From the NCBI RefSeq assembly GCF_006345805.1, contig NC_043001.1, positions 22,444,001 through 22,508,000 on the forward strand: a stretch of DNA of 64,000 bases. The letters are read 5' to 3'. The translations under genes and the position numbers were made by a program. Numbering within the stretch: position 1 is the first letter of the stretch; each line of letters opens with the position of its first letter. Positions 1-10,450 of the stretch are shown here, piece after piece. The stretch is from Octopus sinensis. Taxonomy: Eukaryota. The notes under the pieces are model-generated. The model had not been told where the DNA came from and searched no databases. It saw nothing but the letters and a program-made list of their open reading frames with translations.

Positions 1-37
1 AATAGCACAAATTTACTTAAATATTCATAAATATGTA

Positions 38-137
38 AATGTTTATCATTACATCCTGGACTACATCAAATGTGTTCTGTCTTTGGCTACAAGGTCAGTT
101 ATTAATCTTGTAACGGGCCTCAACGTTTACAACATCA
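38..137 (+). pseudogene. 5'-truncated family A snoRNA-like copy
   Basis: Retains the 3' half of the first hairpin, ACATCA, the second hairpin and ACA. The 5' strand of hairpin 1 is missing. Confidence 0.5.
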
Positions 138-919
138 TGATGACAATATTTTAACCAATTCTATATCATATTACCATTTTTCTAATTAAGATACTTGTTT
201 CTTAATTAGTCAAGACTCCAGACTGGTTCTGTGAAACAACTTCAATATTTTATTGGTAAAATAGCACAAACGGAATGAGAGAAATAGGTGACAGTTTAAA
301 AGTGAGTGTGTCCACACAACAATAACAATCTATATACACTTGTGTGCTTTGTATTTCATGTTTATTACAAAGAAAATGTGTCCTAAAGTAGTTTGTCAGT
401 TTTCTATATTCTCAAACTTGTATATTGTTAGTTTCGTGATAATTGAATCTTGAAATTATTCATGCTTCTGTCCAGAGAAATGTTCACGTAAATATATTAG
501 AATACTCATGAAAACTTGAAGGGAATCAAATGTGCTGAAGCAGCTGGCAAGATATTCCTTTTGTCTGTATCTTGTTTGCTCACAGATGTCAACTGTAATA
601 TTGAGATAATTCAAACCAATATTGAAACTATCGGTGCATATCCATGCTGTGCACTAAATTGTGATAGCAAGGAAAGTGTTCTCACAATTTGTAATCTTCT
701 TTGGTGTGTAAATTAAGTTCCTGAAGCTATTTTGCATTGGTTTTCTTCACTCAGAACAGACGTGTATCATTAGCTTGGTGGTGATTGAGATTTCGTAGAG
801 AGTGTTGTCCATGTTTGTGTCCAGATCCATGCTATGACATTAAATATTAGAATGCTTATTATTTGGTGATAAATGTGTAAAATAATTTGTTGAATCCTGT
901 TGTAGGATATTTTGTTTCT

Positions 920-1049
920 GTCCATTTCCATGTGATGACATTATTAAGTATTGTTTATCATAACTACTTGGACTACATCAAATGTGTTCTGTCTTCGGTT
1001 GCAAGGTCAGTCATTAATCTTGTGACGGTCCTCAAAGTTCACAACATCA
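920..1049 (+). ncRNA. H/ACA snoRNA-like unit, family A, variant 2
   Basis: Hairpin (GTCCA/TGGAC) - H box ACATCA - hairpin (GTTGCAAG/CTTGTGAC, TGTG/CACA) - ACA+3 nt. Confidence 0.6.
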
Positions 1050-1178
1050 TAATAGCTATTTTTTAATAAACCATTCACACTGGTGTAACATCATCATCCT
1101 CATCGTTTAGCGTCAGGTATTGTATCTCCATGATGTCAGGTAGTTAATTGAAGGTTCACAGTATTATTCATATTCTTT

Positions 1179-1307
1179 GTCCAGTTCCATGTGATGGCAT
1201 TACTAGAATGTGTATCATAACATCCTGGGCTACATCAAATGTGTTCTGTCTTCGGCTACAAGGTCAGTCATTAATCTTGTAACGGTCCTCAATGTTCACA
1301 ACATCAT
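1179..1307 (+). ncRNA. H/ACA snoRNA-like unit, family A, variant 1
   Basis: GTCCA/TGGGC lower stem, GTGATG/TATCAT and GCATT/AATGT upper stems, H box ACATCA, 3' hairpin TACAAG/CTTGTA, ACA+3 nt; 129 nt. Confidence 0.65.
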
Positions 1308-1619
1308 AATAGCTATTTTTTAAAAAAAACATTCATACTGATGTAACAAGTACTGTATCTCCATGATGTTTTATGTTGTGGAAACGTTGAATATAGCATA
1401 AATATGGCAGTAGGTTGTATTGGAGTTTGTTGTTTGTAATAAAGAAAACAAATGTGCAGAGATGAGACATTTAAAGTTGCAAGTAAATAAAAGATAAAAC
1501 GAAATAAATTCGAAAATTATTTATACAATCTAATCATACCTTTCAGCGGTGGTGCCCCAGCATGGCCGCGGCCTTCGGGCTAAAACATTTTTAAGGATTT
1601 ATACCTATATACAATATTT

Positions 1620-2967
1620 CTATCATGGAAAGTTGTAAAAGATCCCACTGTACATACTGCAACCTTGCAGAATGCACATTGGAAAGACGTTTCAACCGGC
1701 TGTCCACTGGGAGTTTTTCTTTGTTGATAGACATTCACGGCACTGCTTTTTGTGACCCTTGAATTGTTTTCTAATTTATGGAGATTGACTGAACTCAGGG
1801 ATATCTCTCTGGCAGGCTTTGCTTTTTCTTCCTCTAGTTATTTTTTTGGAGGAATAGCCTGTCCTCAACTGCGTTGCTACATCTGCTTAGAACTGCAGAT
1901 GGTCACACCGCTATGCTCATGTTTACTATATATTACACCAGGTATCGCCATCATTTATTACTCGGTCTGCCAACCGGATAATAACTCTTCACCTGGTTCA
2001 ACCGATCCACACCATCCATGTACCTGTTATTATCAAGGTTCACAAACGGGGTGCCATTTTCATCAACACATGGTTGTGCTGTATTAGATGGGAAATTTAT
2101 GTCTCTTATCTCTGTATGTGGTTGCTAGCAGATTTCCTTTCTGCCATTGGATTATTTCATCTTTTCATTTTGCTTTTATTTATATCCAACAGCAGCCCTT
2201 TTCTACTAGCAATTACTGTAGGACATGTATACGTTGCCACAGCTTCTAACTCCACTGCAAGTTTGACTGAACTAAAAAAATTGGTCCAAAAATAATATAA
2301 GGTCCTGGTTATAGCATGGAATTGATAAATTCCACACCACATCGTACCCTAGGCCATGCTGACTAGCATTATTGTCTCTTCCCTGTATAAAAACTAAATC
2401 CACAGCAGTACTCACAAACTTTGATCTCCCATTTCATGGGCTTTCCTAGCATATACTGTTTTACATTCTGCATAATGGTTTGTTTCCGCAGTGATAGCTT
2501 TAAACAAGCATACTGGAAAAATAAGAAAATGAAGTCTAGCAGTTTCGCTTCCTAAGAAAGACTATGGGTTGACTCCGTTTCCCCAGAAAAGTTGTTGATA
2601 GAAGCATTTAAAAATTTTTTACTCCATTCCTATGTAAAATTGTCCTCTCTGTCGCTATTGCTGCTTTCAGTTTCTTCAGAATTGCTGGTTTCGGATACAG
2701 AAATATCCTATTCATTCTCATACACCACGTGCTTTTGTGCCTCATTCTTTTTCTCTATATCTCCATATCTTCCATTGAAAACCCTTCAAATTCAGAATCA
2801 CTGCTTGATAGCATGAAACTCCTATCCATTTTCAAAGTTGGAAAAAAAAAAAAAAAAAAATTGGTGCTGCAAAAATGTGGGGGAAAAGTGAAATCGTGTT
2901 TTCACGAATGTACTGAGATTTGTGTTCAAATTCACATTTAAATAACAATGGGTGCTCTACAGAAGGG
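1620..2967 (-). mobile_element. Degenerate, internally deleted piggyBac (PGBD-like) transposon
   Basis: TTAA|CCCT terminus at 2971-2964. Minus-strand remnants: MLSSSDSEFEGF (ATG 2814), FFPVCLFKAITAETNHYA, YMLGKPMKWEIKV, FLDQFFSSVKLA..TYTCPTVIASRKGL, and a C-terminal Cys-rich TSFQCAFCKVAVC. Many stops and frameshifts. Confidence 0.85.
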
Positions 2968-3072
2968 TTAATATTTTACCCAAACATACATTGTTACCAT
3001 GGTAAATCTGGATAAATCTTGAATAAATTGTAAGTAGTCGATAATTGAGTCTTCTCAGTATTCATATTCTTT

Positions 3073-3200
3073 GTCCAGTTCCATGTGATGGCATTATTAG
3101 AATGTTTATCATTACATCCTGGACTACATCAAATGTGTTCTGTCTTCGGCTACAAGGTCAGTCATTAATCTTGTAACGGTCCTCAATGTTCACAACATCA
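3073..3200 (+). ncRNA. H/ACA snoRNA-like unit, family A, variant 1
   Basis: Near-identical to 1179-1307 with the same boxes and stems. Confidence 0.65.
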
Positions 3201-3926
3201 TGATGACAATATTTTAACCAATTCTATATCATATTAGTATTTTTATAATTAAAATACTTGTTTCAACCAAATTCATGACTTTAGTCTTTTATGGGTAGAA
3301 AGACAGTCTTATAAAATTAAATAAAGTATCCTGAAATGAACCGCTCCTGCTTGGAGAGTAGTCATGAATTTCTTGAGCCGAATGCATATTTGAAAGTGGG
3401 TTCACTTAAATATTTATGACGTTACTCATATTTACTACATAAAAAGCTGATGTCTAATACTTGTCCTGCAAACTATTTTCACAGCTCATGAGCTGATTTA
3501 TACTACCCATGTAGCTGTTAAGTTAGAAGTTTATGGATGGTGTGTATCATTTAGATGCTGTTGGGCACAAGTGAATAGAGTATTCTATTTGCTCCTTTGT
3601 CCTGATGGGGTCGCTAGCCAAGTTCCTTCAATTAGTAGTACTTGATGTTAATTTCACAAATCTGCAGTAGTTTGATGTCCCATTTTGCTGGCTTGTTTGG
3701 CACATGCAGCTAGAATTATATCTTGTCATTTTATCTCGTCACCCCTAAGGCAATGGGCAGCCTGCTGGTCATGATATTGCAGATGTGAAGAGTTCACTTG
3801 TGTTCCATTGAGGCAGATTCTTAAAACTCATTCAATTTATAGCAAAGAGCTCTTGAAAATAAGAATCCGTGGTCTCTAGCTGTATCAATTTATTTTTTAC
3901 GTGATTACTGCAGTTATCTTCTAAAA

Positions 3927-4102
3927 CAGTGGTTCCCAAACTTTTTAGAGTCGCGACCCACTATTTATCACACCAGTTCATGACGGCCCATTTAGAAGTC
4001 TTGAGCTATCTCAACAGACAGCAGTTAAAGCTAATACGTAATTTTATAACTTTTTGCAACCCACTAAGATTCCGTTCGCAACTCATAGTTTGGGAACCAC
4101 TG
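3927..4102. mobile_element. hAT (Charlie-like) MITE
   Basis: TIR CAGTGGTTCCCAAACT / AGTTTGGGAACCACTG; 8-bp flanks TTCTAAAA / TTCTATAA. Confidence 0.85.
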
Positions 4103-4507
4103 TTCTATAATATTTTAGTAAATACTAGGTCAGTTTTCAGTTAGTAGGTGGATTGCACAAGGTCAGTATTTTTTAAGATTTTCACTTGTTCTGTTGCTTA
4201 CAATATTAGAAATTGAACAAGCAGTTATGCTTGTTGCATTTTTCTTCTGATTAAGCAGATCTACTGATTAAAAAGTAGTTGTTATGACATCAGTTTTTAT
4301 ATATTTGTTAGGGACTGCATTAAGGTGTACAGGTGTGTGTAATATATAAATGATGATATACAGATTTGTGTGTGTATGCCTGCTTGTATCCACTTTAAAA
4401 TGGTAACACCTTGTTATTTGTGATGCTGTTTAGTACAAAAGAAATGTCCTGAAACTATTTGCTTTCTTTTTTTTCATTTACAACATTTGTATAACATTCA
4501 TGTATCT

Positions 4508-4632
4508 GTCCAATTACCCGTGATGGCATTAAAATGTTAGAATGTTCATCATTAATCATGTGGACAACATCAAGTGTGGTCACTCGTTGCCTGCAAGATT
4601 CGTCGTCTTGATGATCTTGACCACAAACACTA
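4508..4632 (+). ncRNA. H/ACA snoRNA-like unit, divergent family A paralog
   Basis: GTCCA/TGGAC and TGATG/CATCA stems, H box ACATCA, TGTGGTCA/TGACCACA stem, ACA+3 nt. Pocket sequences differ from the other copies. Confidence 0.6.
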
Positions 4633-5452
4633 AAACTATAATATTGAATTAATTCAAACCAGTACATGAAACTGCCTGCTGTGCTCTAAATTGTTATAGC
4701 AAAAGAAATTGTTCTCACAACTTCTAATGCTTTTTGGTATGAAAAGTCAATTCCTGTAACTATTTTGCAATGGTTTTCAATCACAATAGTTCCTTGTTAG
4801 GTTGTTGATAACGGACTGGAGAATATTATGTTTGTGGCATTAAATATTGATAAACATGTCAAATTGTGTTTGATCCTCTCCTTGGCTACTGTTTTGTTTC
4901 TGCCTATATGATGACTATCATACAAATTGGAGCGTTATCATCTAAAATATTGCAGTGGGAAATAAATGATCTGTTTTCAGTCATCAGGTAGATTGCACTG
5001 GGTCAGTATCTGAAAAATCTTGTATAAGTTGTGCATCTCATGGTAGCTGGTAAAATGATGATGTTTGAGTGAAATAGTTATGTACATTAGGCAATGATTT
5101 TTGCATCCATTTAAATGTATGCAATGTTGATATGGTCATATGTTTTTCCAGTTCCCTCTTTGAAATGGCAAGAAAGTTCAGTTGCGTTTGACATTTCTTG
5201 GTTAAATCATCCATGCCAGCATGGAAGTCTGATATTCTATTAGTTCCTTTTGCTGGACTGCTAATTTACTGGCACTTAGATACACCAGCATTGGTTTTCA
5301 AGTAGTCGTGGTGGACAAAAGGACAGGCTTCATTCAGTTTCCATCTGCCAATTCCACTGACAAGACTGGTTGTCTCGAGGGCTGAGTGGAAGATACTTTC
5401 ACCAAGTGCCATACAGTGGGACAGATTGGACTGTCATTGGGAAGCTAACTTG

Positions 5453-5733
5453 GGTTACTACTAGCGAACACTGGTCCTGGTGTGCGCATCCGCCATAGCT
5501 AGTCGTAAGTGGTTGATCCTACAGCTACTTGTGCGTATGTTTAGTATTTCAGGGCTGAATACATGTCAAAGAAAATTAAATAATATTTTTCGAACAAAGT
5601 AAATAATTTTAAAACTTTATAAACAAACTAAGGTTAGAGTTAGGGTTAAATAAATAGGTTTAGGGTTAAAAAGTCGACTTAGGACTAGCTTGTGTGTGTG
5701 CATGCACTGGGACCACTGATCGCAAGTAGTACC
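5453..5733. mobile_element. MITE with GG..CC ends, 8-bp TSD and internal TTAGGG motifs (Merlin-like?)
   Basis: Imperfect TIR GGTTACTACTAGCGAACACTGGTCC / GGACCACTGATCGCAAGTAGTACC; perfect TSD CTAACTTG; inserted in an old SINE. Confidence 0.75.
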
Positions 5734-6112
5734 CTAACTTGTTACCACACCTGGTATACACGCATGTTCGAAGGAAATTTGTTTCTTTGTATACATGGTG
5801 AATGTTGCATAATTAATTCCAGAGTGAATATGATGTTGAGAAATTAGGTGGTTTTTAATAGGTCAGTGTTCTCACGATTTGTAATCTTCTTTGGTGTGTA
5901 AATTAAGTTCCTGAAGCTATTTTGCATTGGTTTTCTTCACTCAGAACAGACGTGTATCATTAGCTTGGTGGTGATTGAGATTTCGTAGAGAGTGTTGTCC
6001 ATGTTTGTGTCCAGATCCATACTATGACATTAAATATTAGAATGCTTATTATTTGGTGATAAATGTGTAAAATAATTTGTTGAATCCTGTTGTAGGATAT
6101 TGTTTTGTTTCT

Positions 6113-6242
6113 GTCCATTTCCATGTGATGACATTATTAAGTATTGTTTATCATAACTACTTGGACTACATCAAATGTGTTCTGTCTTCGGTTGCAAGGT
6201 CAGTCATTAATCTTGTGACGGTCCTCAAAGTTCACAACATCA
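6113..6242 (+). ncRNA. H/ACA snoRNA-like unit, family A, variant 2
   Basis: Copy of 920-1049 inside the 676-1310 / 5866-6505 duplication. Confidence 0.6.
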
Positions 6243-6374
6243 TAATAGCTATTTTTTAATAAACCATTCACACTGGTATAACATCATCATCATCATTGTT
6301 TAGCATCAGGTATTGTATCTCCATGATGTCAGGTAGTTGATAATTGAAGGTTCTCAGTATTATTCATATTCTTT

Positions 6375-6502
6375 GTCCAGTTCCATGTGATGGCATTACT
6401 AGAATGTTTATCATTACATCCTGGGCTACATCAAATGTGTTCTGTCTTCGGCTACAAGGTCAGTCATTAATCTTGTAACGGTCCTCAATGTTCACAACAT
6501 CA
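6375..6502 (+). ncRNA. H/ACA snoRNA-like unit, family A, variant 1
   Basis: Copy of 1179-1307 with boxes and stems intact. Confidence 0.65.
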
Positions 6503-7378
6503 TAACCGTAATGTTTTCATCTGTTCATCAGTACACTTATAACTGAAATACACACTATATTCAGGGCTTCAGATTAGTTCCGTAAAACAAGTTTTACATG
6601 ACAGATTACAATTGGCATTCTTGTAATGGTCCTCAACATTCACATCATAACAGTAGTATTTGAATCAATAATTCAAACTATTGTTGTAACTGGCACCTTC
6701 ATGTTGGAGGCTGCTGTTTGGCCACATGTCTGTCTCAATGAAACTTCGGTTTTCACATCCACTCTTCCATGCTTGTACAAATTTGCTAACTGACCTAAGC
6801 AAGGCAATATTCTTCTACAGCTAGACATGTTTTCATGAAGATTACAAACGAATGGCACTGCATGATTCATTCATTTACAATGTGATTTCCAGACGTACAT
6901 AGTGCTGCACACACCATCACTTAACGTCCCTCTTCCATGCTATCATGTTGGTTGGTTCAACAGGCACTGGTATGCCAGAGGACTGATCCTGTGCCAAGCT
7001 CCACCATCTGCTTTGGCATGGTTTTTATAGTTTGATGCCCTTCCAATCTCATTGATCACGTTAGAATATTAGAATGTTCTTCATGCAAGCATGGACAAAC
7101 ATCGTGGTCAACTGGAGCAAAATAGTCATTTTGTGTTAGTATCTTCACAAACATTGGAAAGGTAATATTGGAATAACTCAAACCAATATCGAAGCTGCCA
7201 TTGCATCCCCATGTGGGGGATTCAGCGCATGGTTACCCCAGTCAGCAAGAGAAGTGCTGGTGGTGTGCCAGAGAGTACTCTCAAGTTAAAAGGTGAATTA
7301 TTGATCCAGTGTTATTACCTGTGTTTTCAGCCTGATCATGGAATTCTTCAATGTCTTTTTTTTTCTTTTCTTTTCCAG

Positions 7379-7556
7379 CCATCCTGGATATTTTGGTAAA
7401 GTTGGTATGCGGCATTACCATTTATTAAAACACCATTATTATTGCCCAATCATCAATATAGACTCATTGTGGAATTTGGTCCCAGAAAACATCCGAACTA
7501 ATTATATGACACGTCGGCGTGACAAAAGAGCAGCAGTTATTGATTGTGTAAAACAT
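7379..7556 (+). CDS. RPL27A: 60S ribosomal protein L27a (uL15), penultimate exon
   Basis: Polypyrimidine tract + AG (7377-78), then C CAT CCT GGA = HPGYFGKVGMRHYHLLKHHYYCPIINIDSLWNLVPENIR...VIDCVKH, then GTAAGT donor at 7557. HPGYFGKVGMR is the diagnostic uL15 motif. The N-terminal exons were not found in the window. Confidence 0.95.
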
Positions 7557-8583
7557 GTAAGTTCCTACGTACAGTGTTCTTAACATGTCTCTCATATGCA
7601 TTACTTCTTAAAACTAATGCAAGTTTTTAACTTGTATATTATTATGTAATGCTACAGCAATATTGGGGAATATCCAAAGTAACTAAGTGAATTTATAGTT
7701 GCTATTTCAGCCTCAAACATATATTCATATTTGTCAACATTTTTGATATCAATCTGTTCAAGAGTGTTTATCCTACATTATCCACCTGATGTAAGGAGGT
7801 ATTTTCAAACTGGTAGAAATGCCACCTAATGGAGGAAGTAGAGCCATCAAGTTCTGAAATTACATGTTGATTGGAATTCACTATTTAAAATTATTTAGTA
7901 TGCTGTTTGTCATTTTGTGATACCAAAATGCTAGAGACTATCCAAATATAACCCTTTTGTTACTATATTTCTAACCAAGATACATCCCGTATGCGTTTCA
8001 ATCCAATTCAATTCTAAAATAATCGTAAATTTAGACAAGTTACAAAATACAACTTTTACTTAGCATGATTTTTGGATTACAATTGAAAAGCTTCCTGTTT
8101 GAAAGCAAATTTAATTACAGGTAAATTCAACAAAATATAAGATTAAAATTTTGTTTAAGCATCAACTTCGGAAATGAATTATTTGTTAATATTCAATGAG
8201 TACACAACAAAATTTTAATAGTGGAGAATTATGCAAATTATTGGATTATTGGATTATTTATCAGTTGAACCTCATACACTTAAGGCAGGTGTACCATAAA
8301 GGTAAAACGAAATACTAGGGTTTGTCTTATGAAACTACTCGACACCTAAATTTTTCTTTTTACTGATGCAACTGTCTTATTCCCAAGGATATCATGGTGA
8401 CAACTTTGGATCTCAAAATACAATAACCGAGATTAGTTCCAGTACTTCGTTAGTTCATCAATAATTTGTATTTTTAGTTGTTTCTGCAAGTAAATTTATG
8501 TTTTCAAATATTCTACACAAGTAATTTTCGTTTAGTTTTCTGTACCTAAATTTTTGTTAATTTTCATTTTGTTTTATTTGCAG

Positions 8584-8712
8584 GGTTATTTTAAAGTACT
8601 TGGTAAGGGAGAAATTCCTAAAGCCCCAGTTATTGTGAAAGCTAAGTTTTTCAGTAAACTAGCTGAACAGAAAATCAAGGCTGCTGGTGGAGCTTGTCTT
8701 CTTGTTCCATGA
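8584..8712 (+). CDS. RPL27A: 60S ribosomal protein L27a, last coding exon
   Basis: tttgcag acceptor, [42 protein letters not shown], in frame with the previous exon. AATAAA about 22 nt after the stop. Confidence 0.95.
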   Translation, partial: GYFKVLGKGEIPKAPVIVKAKFFSKLAEQKIKAAGGACLLVP

Positions 8713-9659
8713 GCACTCAGTTTGAGTTCAGAGTAATAAATGTCTTAAAAAGTAGTTTTTGTCTTGTTTTGTTTTGTTTCTTAAAGTTATGAATCAGAAA
8801 AACTGTAGGACATGAGCTTATGTCTGGCTGGGCTCATTTAAAGATTTTTACAATTTCTTTTAAGATGTCTACTAGTTAGACCAATGGAGGGTTGATTGTT
8901 GTATGTTGGTGCAAAATTAATTTATGGAATATGTCTGTAAAGTTTCATGTATTTATTCAATGTAAGAGTACTTGCAATTGTTGCAATTCATAGGCTTTCC
9001 ATACAATGTAGCTTGCTGCAGTGCTCTGCAGACTGAACACAGGTCCATTACAACTAGGAGTTAAGATTGTAATATGCAAATTAAGTGTTATGGCTTGTGA
9101 GTTGGCTGTTATAATTAGCTCAACGAAAAAAGTCGCTGAAGTGTGTTTGTCAATTAGGTCAGGCATATTATGGCTTGGGTGTAACAGCCCACACTTCACA
9201 TAGTCAATAACAGCAATGATTATGAAAGGTAATCCCAAAATATGGCATATCTTTGACTTAAAATATATAGTAAAAGACTTGATTGTTTTCTTGCATTAAC
9301 ATAATTCTAACAATTACTCTGGTTTCTAGGATTTTTTCGTCACCAGTATTGCTGCACTGGTTTTTGTTAACTGATATGTGGCTGTGTTAAGGCATCATTT
9401 TCTAAGGTTTTATTTGATTGTATCGACTGATATTTATTGGGCTTATTCTAATGAAATCCTAGGTTACAGGATATAAAGGGGCACAATGTATAATGATGGG
9501 GTAGTTTTTAGAGTGGTATAAACATCAACACAGAAAGAAGAGTTTAGTGCTTTAACTGTTCAAATTACCAATAGGTACCTGTGTCTTATTACAAATTTCC
9601 TTTGTCTCTGAAATTTAAAATATACCTGGGGAGTGACAAGTGGTTAAGAGCAGCTGTAC

Positions 9660-10450
9660 AGGGATGCCATTAGTAAGGTATGGGTCGGTAATGAGTATAG
9701 CGAAGAATTCCTGGTAGAAGTAGGGGTTCACCAAGGATCTGTCCTCAGTCACCTCTTATTCATCATAGTCCTCCAGGCAGTAACAGAGGAATTCAAGACG
9801 GGCTGCTCTTGGGAGCTCCTCTGTGCTGATGACGATGCTCTCATAGCGGAATCCCTACCAAAACTAAAGAAATTTCAGCTGTGTGTCAATGTTGCAAAAA
9901 CCAAAGTCCTAGTAAGTGGGAGGGCAAACACATCACAAACCCCTTCAGGTAGATAGCCCTGCTCAATTTGTAGAAAAGGTGGAAACTCCATAAGATGTAC
10001 CCAGTATAAGCTATGGGTGCATAAGAGGTGTGTGTAGCAACATCAAAGGAAGATAGCTTTAATGTGTGGCAGATATTCAGAAAACTGATTCCATCACATG
10101 CCAGGGTTAGAAACTAAAAGTAGTTGTGGGCTTTCGTTAACTAGGTGACCTATTCTGTAGAGTGTCGCCATTAGAATAAGAATAGCCAGGGCAAAGTTCA
10201 GAAAGCTCCTACCTCTACTGGTGACTTGCTCGGGGTGAAAGGTATGTTGCATGTGTGCAAACTGTCATGCTACACTGCAGTGAAACATGGGCTGTGACTG
10301 CATAGGCTCGAAAGAAATGAAACTAGTATGATCTGCTCGATGTGTAATCAGTGTAAGTGCCCTGAGAGAAATGACTGCTGGTATGGTCATGGGCTACATA
10401 TGGATGAGGAGAGCTGTACGAAGAAGTGTCACTCCCTAACAGTGGAAGAG
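9660..10450 (+). mobile_element. RTE-clade LINE reverse transcriptase fragment
   Basis: VWVGNEYSEEFLVEVGVHQGSVLSHLLFIIVLQAVTEEFKTGCSWELLCADD (RT motifs); degenerate. Confidence 0.85.

Larger units (their letters stand above)
5866..6505 (+). repeat. about 640 bp direct duplication of 676-1310
   Basis: Near-identical sequence from GTGTTCTCAC through two snoRNA-like units. Confidence 0.9.

Noticed and set aside
4965-5000. Minus-strand CTGATGA-ct-GAAA hammerhead-like core
   Set aside because: No room for stem II and no UH cleavage site or stem III; probably chance.
4905-5013. C/D snoRNA candidate (ATGATGA ... CTGA)
   Set aside because: No terminal stem and no recognisable rRNA antisense element; such boxes are common in AT-rich DNA.
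920-6502. CRISPR-like or C/D-box reading of the repeated units (GTGATGA)
   Set aside because: Eukaryotic context, no spacer structure, the C box is not conserved (GTGATGG in most copies) and there is no D box. The H/ACA fold explains them better.
1-7378. N-terminal RPL27A exons (..[29 protein letters not shown])
   Set aside because: Not found by eye; presumed to lie upstream of the window.
8957-9238. 93-aa minus-strand ORF downstream of RPL27A
   Set aside because: No recognisable homology; length is compatible with chance.
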